Shown: piece after piece, positions 28,412 through 35,718 of the stretch
Position numbering within the stretch: the stretch's first letter is position 1
Layout: each line of letters begins with the position of its first letter
Source of the DNA: Actinomycetota bacterium
GTDB taxonomy: Bacteria > Actinomycetota > UBA4738 > HRBIN12
Length of the DNA stretch: 64,000 bases
Direction of reading: 5' to 3'
NCBI GenBank assembly: GCA_035512775.1
Contig: DATKDI010000024.1
Location: 18,077 to 82,076, forward strand
The notes under the pieces: model-generated
The model's input: the letters and a program-made list of their open reading frames with translations, nothing else
What the model was told of the DNA's origin: nothing
The model's database searches: none
Program-made: the position numbers and the translations under genes

Positions 28412-28866
28412 GGTAGTGGCTCAGTAATCTGAGGGGTGATCCTGGGCGTCAATTTCGAGGAGGTCGTTGGCGCCGGAGACGCTGAGCACCCGGTGCGCGG
28501 CGCGCGACGGGTTGCGGAGGATCAGTGAGCCGCCGTTCTTTGTGAGTTCACCGCGCGCTTGCACAAGCACGTGCAGGCTCGACGAGTCCATGAACTCGAC
28601 CCCGGAGAGGTCCAAAACGATGGTCTGCTTGGGACCCATGTGGGGTTCGATGGCGTCTCGCAGCCGTCCCGCGGTCGCCATGTCAATCTCGCCGCGGACG
28701 TGGATGACCGTCGCCTCGTCCGTTGCGTTGACCTCGGTCGAGAAGTTTTCGGCCATCACCGGAATTTAGTGGCCCTATCGGGCGGGTGGCAATTCTCCGT
28801 CGGTCCCGGGTGGTGTCTCAGCTCAAGCACGTCAACGGGGGGACTCATTCAAACTGACCCACTACC
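28412..28866. mobile_element. MITE-like STAS mini-element, copy 2.
   Basis: Same right arm TTCAAACTGACCCACTACC. The left arm is GGTAGTGGCTCAGTAATCTGA, with a 4-bp deletion. The internal approximately 100-bp upstream region is identical to copy 1. Confidence 0.45.
28421..28756 (-). CDS. STAS-domain anti-sigma-factor antagonist, paralogue of 25125-25463.
   Basis: MAENFSTEVNATDEATVIHVRGEIDMATAGRLRDAIEPHMGPKQTIVLDLSGVEFMDSSSLHVLVQARG, about 92% identical to copy 1. Confidence 0.8.
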   Translation of the reverse strand: MAENFSTEVNATDEATVIHVRGEIDMATAGRLRDAIEPHMGPKQTIVLDLSGVEFMDSSSLHVLVQARGELTKNGGSLILRNPSRAAHRVLSVSGANDLLEIDAQDHPSDY

Positions 28867-28916
28867 CAACTCGTCAGCCACCGCTTAGGCAAGCGCTTCC
28901 AGGACCCGGCAAGATT

Positions 28917-28948
28917 GCCCCGGGGCATCGGCGCGGATTTAGTGTCGC
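28917..28948 (+). repeat. Intergenic repeat family, degenerate copy.
   Basis: gccccggggcatcggcgcggatttagtgtcgc. Confidence 0.35.
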
Positions 28949-29184
28949 CTGTCCTCCGGCGGGTTCGGGTCGCGTCCGGGTGGCACGGTATCCTTGTCAC
29001 GGATGCGCCCATCCTGTCCGTGAATCACGACTTCTCCGCCGCCTGCGTTGCCAACGATCTCCTTCGCTCGGCGCTCGGCCTGTGCCTGGGTCTCGTGATG
29101 CGACGACGCGCGGTCAGCCTTCGGCGCCTTCACGTCCCACCCGCCTTCAGGGTTCTTCACGACGTGTCGATCCTTCTCGCCCAT
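28939..29184 (-). CDS. DUF2188-domain small protein.
   Basis: MGEKDRHVVKNPEGGWDVKAPKADRASSHHETQAQAERRAKEIVGNAGGGEVVIHGQDGRIRDKDTVPPGRDPNPP, a typical DUF2188 sequence. Confidence 0.65.
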   Translation of the reverse strand: MGEKDRHVVKNPEGGWDVKAPKADRASSHHETQAQAERRAKEIVGNAGGGEVVIHGQDGRIRDKDTVPPGRDPNPPEDRRH

Positions 29185-29198
29185 TCCTCTACTCCTGC

Positions 29199-29246
29199 TC
29201 CCGGATCTGTTGCCCGGCTGACTCCCGGATCTGTTGCCCGGCTGAG
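29199..29246. repeat. Perfect 24-bp tandem direct repeat (TCCCGGATCTGTTGCCCGGCTGAC x2), 15 bp upstream of the DUF2188 start.
   Basis: Read directly from the sequence. Possible regulator-binding direct repeats. Confidence 0.6.
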
Positions 29247-29380
29247 CACCAGAGTAGGGAGCGGGTCTGACACCGCAGCGGCGTGATTTGCGCAACCCCT
29301 TTGACCTGCGACTTTGCGGCGGATATGTGAGGGGCGGTGAGGGGTGAAGGGCAACGGATGATCGGTGGGGGCGGTGCTCT

Positions 29381-29407
29381 GCGCCGGAGCGCGCGGACAT
29401 TATCCCG
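29381..29407 (+). repeat. Intergenic ~28-bp repeat family, copy F.
   Basis: gcgccggagcgcgcggacattatcccg. Confidence 0.5.
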
Positions 29408-29455
29408 ACCATGCCTCTCTCACAGCGTCTGCTGCATGTCAGGAGACGAGGTCGA

Positions 29456-29936
29456 TTAGTCCCCGGCGATCGTGAGCCAAAGGGGCGCGCCTGCTATGCC
29501 GAATCCAGCTCGTTCGTAGAAGATCGTGGAGCGTTCGCTCGGCCAAACGACCACGCCATCGACTCCGCGTGTGTTCGCGAAGCCCAGCGCTTCGTCGAGC
29601 AGGCGACGACCGAGTCCCGCGTTCCGGAGTTCGGGTGCAACGTACATGTTCGTCACATAAGCGACCGGTCGTTCCCAGCGGTCTCGGCTGGGGTGGGGGA
29701 TCCTCTCGACGAGCTGCAGCCAGACGCACCCCACGAGCTGGTCATCCTCCTCCGCAACCCAGGCGCGCCACGGCCCGCCCTGAGTGAGGGCGTCGTCCAC
29801 GAACGCTCGAAACCCGTCCAGGAAACTCTCGAACGTGAGCGCGGCCTTCGTGTTGTGCTCGCACCGGAAGTCCCACCGGAGACGTGCGAGCTCCATCGAG
29901 TCGGTTGCGACCGCAGGGCGAACCGAAGGCGTCACG
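29456..29936 (-). CDS. GNAT-family N-acetyltransferase.
   Basis: ...VRPAVATDSMELARLRW...LVGCVWLQLVERIP...NMYVAPELRNAGLGRRLLDEALGFA, an acetyl-CoA binding motif. The start is uncertain: GTG at 29936 or ATG at 29896. Confidence 0.7.
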
Positions 29937-30075
29937 GTTGCCAGGCTAGCGGGTCGCTCTGGCGACCTGTAGGAGGCGGCTCGGAGATCAGTGCGCTGCG
30001 CGCTGTTGATTCGAGAGCGCCGGCTGGGAACGGGGTTCATGCCCGGGCCCACTGCGGTGCCCAGGCGGGCAGCAG

Positions 30076-30103
30076 GCGCCGGGGCGCGTAGCCTTTAGTG
30101 GCC
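30076..30103 (+). repeat. Intergenic ~28-bp repeat family, copy G.
   Basis: gcgccggggcgcgtagcctttagtggcc. It abuts the stop of the methyltransferase gene. Confidence 0.55.
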
Positions 30104-30105
30104 TT

Positions 30106-30903
30106 CTACTGCCTATGTGATACGGCGAGGAAGTGCAAACTCACGCCAATCACCGTGGTTTCGGTCTCGACCGCCCGTGCCACTCGCAGAATGTTCTCGC
30201 GGTCCTGTTCGTCGTCCCACCGCTCCCACAGCAGCCATCCTGGTCCTTCCACCCCATACATCGCCTCGAGCGACAACCCAGCGGCCTGGATCTCCTCTCT
30301 GAGCTCGTCCGGATGATGGAAGAACGCGGTCGTGAACCACTCCGGTCGCTCGGTTGGGTTGTCGTGCTGCCCGGACGCTAGATCACCTTTCACTATCGCC
30401 CGAAAATCGGGATTGGTGAGCGCGGCCGTCTTGAGACCGTCGAGTAGGGATCCGAACCGGGAGATGGCAGCCGCGAAGACAAGGCCGCCGACGCGAACAA
30501 CTCGACGAGCTTCGGATAGGGCTTGCACCCTATCTTCTTGTTCCGACAGGTGGTACAGCGGACCCATCAAGAGGACTGCGTCGTATCTCTCGTCTGCGGC
30601 GGAGATGTTCCTTGCGTCTCCCAATTCGGCCGTGAAGCGCGGACCCGACGCCGCCCGCGCTGTGGCTTGCTCTACATGAAGGGGAACAACGTCGACAAGA
30701 TGGGCGTCGTAGCCGCGATCCGCCAACCACGAAGAGTAGCGGCCTGGTCCGCCTCCGACGTCGAGGATCTGTGCTGGTGGCCCGGGAAGATGCCGAGCCA
30801 GCAGCTCTTTGGTCCGCGCAAACTCGATCCGTGAGGAGCCGCCCTCAGTCAGTCTGGGCTCTTCGATCCCCAGCGTGTAGTGGGCGAGAACTTCGGGGTC
30901 CAT
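30106..30903 (-). CDS. Class I SAM-dependent methyltransferase.
   Basis: Motif I ILDVGGGPGRYSSWLA. 265 aa. Confidence 0.75.
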   Translation of the reverse strand: MDPEVLAHYTLGIEEPRLTEGGSSRIEFARTKELLARHLPGPPAQILDVGGGPGRYSSWLADRGYDAHLVDVVPLHVEQATARAASGPRFTAELGDARNISAADERYDAVLLMGPLYHLSEQEDRVQALSEARRVVRVGGLVFAAAISRFGSLLDGLKTAALTNPDFRAIVKGDLASGQHDNPTERPEWFTTAFFHHPDELREEIQAAGLSLEAMYGVEGPGWLLWERWDDEQDRENILRVARAVETETTVIGVSLHFLAVSHRQ

Positions 30904-30980
30904 GCTGGAACGATAGGGCGCATCAGTTCGGTTGGGAACCCATGACTACTCACCGCTATCGCGTCTTGTAGAGGCCGCAC

Positions 30981-31008
30981 AAGCTGGGGCGCGTGGACAT
31001 TTAGTCCC
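30981..31008 (+). repeat. Intergenic ~28-bp repeat family, copy H (near-consensus).
   Basis: agctggggcgcgtggacatttagtcccc. Confidence 0.6.
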
Positions 31009-31010
31009 CG

Positions 31011-31262
31011 TTATGGGTGTGCGGCGTGCCGTTGGTTGGCGGACACTCCGCGAAATGCGGCGCGAACGGCCTGGAACACCAGAACTCCCACGGTCACGTT
31101 GATGAAGCCAAGCGACGCTGCGCCGGCAAAGTGGGCGAGGTCGGAGACGATGCCCGTCGCAAGGAGCAGCACTGCCCAGCCAATGGTCGCGGCCGGGATC
31201 GAGACTCGCCACCATTTGCCGAATACGAGGCCAGCGAGCAGCAACGTCGGAATCACACACAC
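31011..31262 (-). CDS. Small membrane protein (83 aa, two TM helices).
   Basis: MCVIPTLLLAGLVFGKWW...AVLLLATGIVSDLAHF. Confidence 0.45.
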   Translation of the reverse strand: MCVIPTLLLAGLVFGKWWRVSIPAATIGWAVLLLATGIVSDLAHFAGAASLGFINVTVGVLVFQAVRAAFRGVSANQRHAAHP

Positions 31263-31313
31263 AGCTTACGTGCATGGATGCAGGGACGCAGATCGTGTGA
31301 GGCGCGGGCCGCG

Positions 31314-31341
31314 CGCGCCGGGGCGCGTGGACGTTTTTACA
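31314..31341 (+). repeat. Intergenic ~28-bp repeat family, copy I.
   Basis: gcgccggggcgcgtggacgtttttacat. Confidence 0.6.
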
Positions 31342-31366
31342 TGTCTCGGAACAGAGGCGGAAACCC

Positions 31367-32203
31367 CTAGGTGCGCCCCCGTATGACCGCGATGATGTGC
31401 GTCCCGCCGTCAAGCGCACCGGGCTCCGAGCTTGCGGAGACCTCCCAATCGAGGAATTGCTCCCATCTCGCGGGGTCGGGGAGCCAAGCCTCGGAAAGAT
31501 CGCCGGTACCTGCCGACAGGAAGTTCGCCGCCGAGGCTGCGACCACGTCTGCCCCGTGGCGCTCGAGCAGATCCCGCAACTCGGCCCACCTGTACATGTG
31601 CATCCGGCCCGTACTCGACTGCTCGGCAGGGAGGTCTCCGGTCTCGAATATCGCCTGCCATCTCTCAGCCCCGTAGCTCTCCCATTCCTCAGCCAGGCTA
31701 CCGAGGTAAGCACGCAGCGTTCCCATGTTTGACATGACGCTCACCAGAACCAGCCCACCCGGCTTTGTCACTCGGAGCAGTTCATGAACGGCGTCGTCCA
31801 CGCGATCCATCGCGTAACTGAGCGGACCGCCGAAGCACGACGTCACGTCGAACGATCCATCGGCGAAATCGACTAGATCGACCACGTCAGCCTCAGCCCA
31901 TGCCTCGATCTGGTCCTCGAGCCCGGCCTCCGTCACGTGCATCCGGTTCAGGTCCAACTGGACGCCGGATATGTCAGTTGCGGTCACTCGAGCGCCGAGT
32001 CGCGCTAGCTCTACCGTGAACCGCCCGGCGCCAGCCCCCACTTCCAACACAAGGTCGCCTTGCCTCACGAACTGCCGCAGGTAGTGCAAATGGATGTGGA
32101 ACGAGACGCGCGCCATCGGCGACGATTCGTGCCTGTTCCACTCCTGGTCACCATACGCATCGAACACTCGAGCGATGTGTTCTTTGTCGTAGAGGTCGCC
32201 CAT
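31367..32203 (-). CDS. Class I SAM-dependent methyltransferase.
   Basis: Motif I LEVGAGAGRFTVELARLGARVTATDIS. 278 aa. Confidence 0.75.
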   Translation of the reverse strand: MGDLYDKEHIARVFDAYGDQEWNRHESSPMARVSFHIHLHYLRQFVRQGDLVLEVGAGAGRFTVELARLGARVTATDISGVQLDLNRMHVTEAGLEDQIEAWAEADVVDLVDFADGSFDVTSCFGGPLSYAMDRVDDAVHELLRVTKPGGLVLVSVMSNMGTLRAYLGSLAEEWESYGAERWQAIFETGDLPAEQSSTGRMHMYRWAELRDLLERHGADVVAASAANFLSAGTGDLSEAWLPDPARWEQFLDWEVSASSEPGALDGGTHIIAVIRGRT

Positions 32204-32250
32204 CGACCGATGGTATACGGGGAACCATCCCGATGATGTCGGCGGCTCCT

Positions 32251-32278
32251 AGCGCTGGGGCGCGCGCCACCGCCACCC
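32251..32278 (+). repeat. Intergenic repeat family, degenerate copy J.
   Basis: agcgctggggcgcgcgccaccgccaccc. Only the left half is conserved. Confidence 0.35.
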
Positions 32279-32502
32279 GCCCGCGGTGCGGGAGAGTGCG
32301 CCGGAAGCTCCCGGCAGTTCGCCCGAGGATCTGGGTTGCCAGCCCTTCCTCAGAGCGCGGCTTCGGGAGCAGCGGAACCGGTCCGGCGTCTCCCCCAGCC
32401 GCCGCCCCACGCAGCGCACCCTCCCGGCTTATCGTGAAACCGGGCGCGGGCGCCAGGGGCTCTTCGTTGCCCTGTCCCGCTGCTCCTGCTCTCCGGTTTC
32501 GC

Positions 32503-32530
32503 GCGCCGGGGCGCGAGGACGTATCGACCC
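32503..32530 (+). repeat. Intergenic ~28-bp repeat family, copy K.
   Basis: gcgccggggcgcgaggacgtatcgaccc. Confidence 0.55.
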
Positions 32531-32612
32531 CTTAGAGGCGAGCCACCTACGATGCGGCAGCTTGCTGACGGTTGCGGAGGACTCTGTGCAGCGTCAGGCG
32601 TCTGGAGCTGCT

Positions 32613-33005
32613 CTAGGGGGTCAACGCAGCATCAGCGGCTGTTTGGTCCTGTCCCATGAGCCACGCCTCGGTGGCGATGCCGTCCTTCACGTGCCAGACG
32701 TGGACGCCCTTGCCCCGGAACGGATGCGGCTTCTCCCACCAGCTCTCGACCATAACGACCGAATGCTCGTCGTTGGCGAGCAGGTCGTGGATCTCCTGGC
32801 CGAACGTTCCCGCCGTGAGCTCGGCGAGCTTCGCGAAGTTCCCGAAGACCGCGTCCTTACCCGCGAAGTCTCCCGAGAGTGGGCCGCTGCCCGCTTGATG
32901 CCAGGCGATGTCGTCGGCGAAGAGCGCCGCGACCGTCTCCACGTCCCCGGCCGCGAACGCCTCGTATCCCTTCCGCAATGCCTCAGCGTTCGGATGATCA
33001 CCCAT
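32613..33005 (-). CDS. SnoaL-like / NTF2-fold (ketosteroid-isomerase-like) protein.
   Basis: MGDHPNAEALRKGYEAFAAGDVETVAALFADDIAWH... 130 aa. Typical NTF2-like N-terminus. Confidence 0.65.
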   Translation of the reverse strand: MGDHPNAEALRKGYEAFAAGDVETVAALFADDIAWHQAGSGPLSGDFAGKDAVFGNFAKLAELTAGTFGQEIHDLLANDEHSVVMVESWWEKPHPFRGKGVHVWHVKDGIATEAWLMGQDQTAADAALTP

Positions 33006-33275
33006 GGCCCCTCCCTTTCCTCCTGTGGACAGGGCCCGACGCTACTGCCAGACGAGACATGAACGCAAACCGTCAGCGGCTTATGCCCTCGCGCAGCTTC
33101 GCGACGAGCACTGCTTTCGAGCGCCGGGACTCCTCGAGGTCGATCCGAAAGTCCGCGATCGCCGGTCGGCCTTAGAACTCCCCGATCCTGCCGCGCGGTC
33201 GTAGTCGGCGGGCAGCATGAGGACATGGAGCAGCTCGGCGCGCGGCGTCGGCCGGCCTAGTTGCGCGGGCTGCCT

Positions 33276-33303
33276 GCGCCGGGGCGCACGCCGCCGCCCT
33301 CCC
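33276..33303 (+). repeat. Intergenic repeat family, degenerate copy L.
   Basis: gcgccggggcgcacgccgccgccctccc. Confidence 0.35.
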
Positions 33304-33324
33304 ACCGGATCTGGAGGCGAGGGC

Positions 33325-33723
33325 GTGCAACCTGATCACGATCGACTGAGAGCCATCCCGCTGTTCAGTGAGCTGACGGACGAGGAGCACGACAAACTCG
33401 CCTCCTGGCTGACGGTCGAAGACGTGAGCGAAGGGAGGCGGCTCACACCTGAGGGCGCCTCCGGCTACCAGTTCTACGTGATCGACGGCGGCACGGCGAA
33501 GGTCCGCCGGCACCAGGAGCCGATCGCCACGCTCGGCCCCGGTGACTTCTTCGGCGAGATGGCCATCATGGGCGATGGTCACCGGATCGCGGACGTGGTC
33601 GCGACCTCGCCGATGACGATCTTCGCGATGTTCGGCACCTCCTTCCGTGAGTTCGAGGCGACCCTGACGGGCGTCGCGGCGGAGGTGCGGGCGAAGATGC
33701 AGGAACGCCTGCCGGCTCCTTAG
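33325..33723 (+). CDS. Cyclic-nucleotide-binding (cNMP/CAP-family effector domain) protein.
   Basis: GTG start with RBS GGAGGCGAGGG. IPLFSELTDEEHDKLASWL...GPGDFFGEMAIMGDGHRIADVVA, a cNMP-binding beta-roll signature. Confidence 0.7.
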   Translation: MQPDHDRLRAIPLFSELTDEEHDKLASWLTVEDVSEGRRLTPEGASGYQFYVIDGGTAKVRRHQEPIATLGPGDFFGEMAIMGDGHRIADVVATSPMTIFAMFGTSFREFEATLTGVAAEVRAKMQERLPAP

Positions 33724-33816
33724 ACAGCGCGGGTCGCTCCCGAAGGCCTTGCCAGCTATGCAAGATGAGCGGGAACGTGCAAGCATCGCGCTGCGGTTGG
33801 ACCCCGGGGAGGTTGC

Positions 33817-34059
33817 GTGAGCACGGATCAGGATCCAGGCGGGCAGTCTGTCAGGGACCCGCTTCCGAGCCTACGGAGGCAGCTCGCCGACGAGTACGGC
33901 GGAGACGTCCCGCAGGAGACGATCGAGAAGGTGGCGGAGCAGTCACTCGGAGAGTTCCAAGGCGCCAAGGTGCGGGACTTCGTTCCCGTCTTCGCGTGGC
34001 GCCGGGCGCGTCAGCGCCTCCGCCGTACCCCTGAAGCCAGGTCCGTCACGAGGACCTGA
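33817..34059 (+). CDS. Small hypothetical protein (80 aa). Its 3' end overlaps pgl by about 49 bp.
   Basis: Sequence ...IEKVAEQSLGEFQGAKVRDFVPVFAWRRARQRL. No solid family assignment could be made. Confidence 0.35.
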   Translation: MSTDQDPGGQSVRDPLPSLRRQLADEYGGDVPQETIEKVAEQSLGEFQGAKVRDFVPVFAWRRARQRLRRTPEARSVTRT

Positions 34060-34682
34060 TCGAGGACGGCGACCTGCGCTGCAGGGATCGAGCGATCGCC
34101 CGCGAGGAGCGCCCGCAAGGCGTCCCGCTTCTCGGACTCGGTCACGACCCAGATCGCCCGCTCGGCGCGCGAGAGTCCCGGGTAGGTGAGCGTCATCCGC
34201 CGCCGGCCTTCGTAGAGACCCGTCACCGCGACGTCACGATCCCGCTCGTCGAGGACGGGGTCGCCGGGCACGAGAGACGCCGTGTGGCCGTCGACGCCGA
34301 GTCCGAGGTGCACGACGTCGAACCGATCGGGGAGCGTCGCCGCGTATCGAGCAGCCGCCGTCTCCAAGTCGTCGTCTTCGACGGGCATCCACCGGATCCC
34401 GTCCAGCGCCTCGGCGGGTAACGCCTTCGCCTGCAGTGAGCGGTTCCGGTCCGGATCGTCAGGCGGCGCGACGCGCTCGTCCACCTGCCACGTGTCGATG
34501 AGGTGCCACGGAAGCGCGAGCCCGCCCAGTCGTCGGAACATCGGGACCGGGGTCTGGCCACCGCTGATCGCCCACGCGAACCGACGCCCCTCGGAGATCG
34601 CTCGGCGAACCGCTTCGGCGATCAGATCGGCGGCATGCTCGCCCACCGATCCTGGATCCGGGAGCACCTCGACGCGGATCAT
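34011..34682 (-). CDS. pgl: 6-phosphogluconolactonase.
   Basis: DLIAEAVRRAISEGRRFAWAISGGQTP...HLGLGVDGHTASL, glucosamine-6-P isomerase/6PGL family. Its ATG overlaps the gnd stop (ATGA at 34682). Confidence 0.8.
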   Translation of the reverse strand: MIRVEVLPDPGSVGEHAADLIAEAVRRAISEGRRFAWAISGGQTPVPMFRRLGGLALPWHLIDTWQVDERVAPPDDPDRNRSLQAKALPAEALDGIRWMPVEDDDLETAAARYAATLPDRFDVVHLGLGVDGHTASLVPGDPVLDERDRDVAVTGLYEGRRRMTLTYPGLSRAERAIWVVTESEKRDALRALLAGDRSIPAAQVAVLDQVLVTDLASGVRRRR

Positions 34683-35659
34683 CAGTCGGCCACGTGGCCC
34701 CCGAACTCACGCCGCATGGCCGAGAGCACCCGGTTGGCGAACGACGCCTCGTCGCGCGACGCGAACCGCGCGTACAGGGCCGCGGTGAGCACCTCGGCGG
34801 GTGTGCCCGACTCGATCGCAGTGATCGCGTTCCACCTCCCCTCACCGGAGTCGGAGACCTGGTCCTCGGATCCCTCCAGATCGGTGTCCTCGTGGAGGGC
34901 GGCAGCCGCGAGGTCGAGCAGCCACGATGCGACCACGCTCCCCCGACGCCAGACCTCGGCGACCTCGGCGACGTCGATCCGGTACGCGGCGCCTCCGTCC
35001 TCGGCGTGTCGCAAGATGTTGAGGCCCTCGGCGTAGGAAGCCATCAGCCCGTACTCGATGCCGTTGTGGACCATCTTCACGAAATGCCCAGCGCCGGCCG
35101 GGCCGCAGTGGAGATATCCCTGCTCGGCCGGAGAGGGGTCTCCTTCTCGTCCCCGGGTCCTGGTGACGGCCCCGACGCCCGGCGCGAGCGATGCCAAGAT
35201 GGGCTCCACGTGCTCGAAGACATCGGCGTCGCCGCCCACCATCAGGCAGAACCCTCGCTCCAGCCCATGAACCCCCCCGCTGGTGCCGCAGTCGACGTAC
35301 CGGATGCCCCGCTCGCCGAGCTCGCCGGCTCTCCGCACGTCGTCGCGGTAGTAGGTGTTGCCCCCGTCGATCACGACGTCGCTCGGTTGCAGTCGATCGC
35401 CCAGCTCGCGAACCACCGCCTCGGTCGCATCACCCGCCGGCACCATCACCCAGACGGCCCTCGGCGGAGCGAGGGCGGCGACGAGCTCCTCGACGCTCGC
35501 GGCGCCGACGGCGCCTTCGCTCGTCAGCCGCTCGACAGCGGCCGGGTCGAGATCGAAAGCGACGCACCGGTGCCCATCTCGCATCAGCCGCCGCGAGATG
35601 TTCGCGCCCATCCGGCCGAGCCCCACCACCCCGAGCTCCATCGGTCGATCGGTCGTCAT
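34682..35659 (-). CDS. gnd: 6-phosphogluconate dehydrogenase, decarboxylating (short form, Gnd-like).
   Basis: Rossmann motif GVVGLGRMGANISRRL, plus VIDGGNTYYRDD and MVHNGIEYGLMASYAEG. Confidence 0.85.
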   Translation of the reverse strand: MTTDRPMELGVVGLGRMGANISRRLMRDGHRCVAFDLDPAAVERLTSEGAVGAASVEELVAALAPPRAVWVMVPAGDATEAVVRELGDRLQPSDVVIDGGNTYYRDDVRRAGELGERGIRYVDCGTSGGVHGLERGFCLMVGGDADVFEHVEPILASLAPGVGAVTRTRGREGDPSPAEQGYLHCGPAGAGHFVKMVHNGIEYGLMASYAEGLNILRHAEDGGAAYRIDVAEVAEVWRRGSVVASWLLDLAAAALHEDTDLEGSEDQVSDSGEGRWNAITAIESGTPAEVLTAALYARFASRDEASFANRVLSAMRREFGGHVAD

Positions 35660-35718
35660 CCGGGCCTCCTTCGATATCCGGTCGTGCGGCCGGCCCGTCT
35701 CTCCCCGGGCCTTCGGCC

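Noticed and set aside
22102-33303. A CRISPR array was considered because of the regularly spaced ~28-bp repeats.
   Set aside because: The intervening segments are 0.3-1 kb and contain full protein-coding genes. The repeat copies are only about 70-90% identical. No cas genes are present.
22102-33303. A canonical integron was considered: intI, attI, then an attC array.
   Set aside because: No tyrosine recombinase lies in or beside the block. The repeats are shorter than attC sites and lack clear RYYYAAC/GTTRRRY boxes. This is retained only as cassette-like in the findings.
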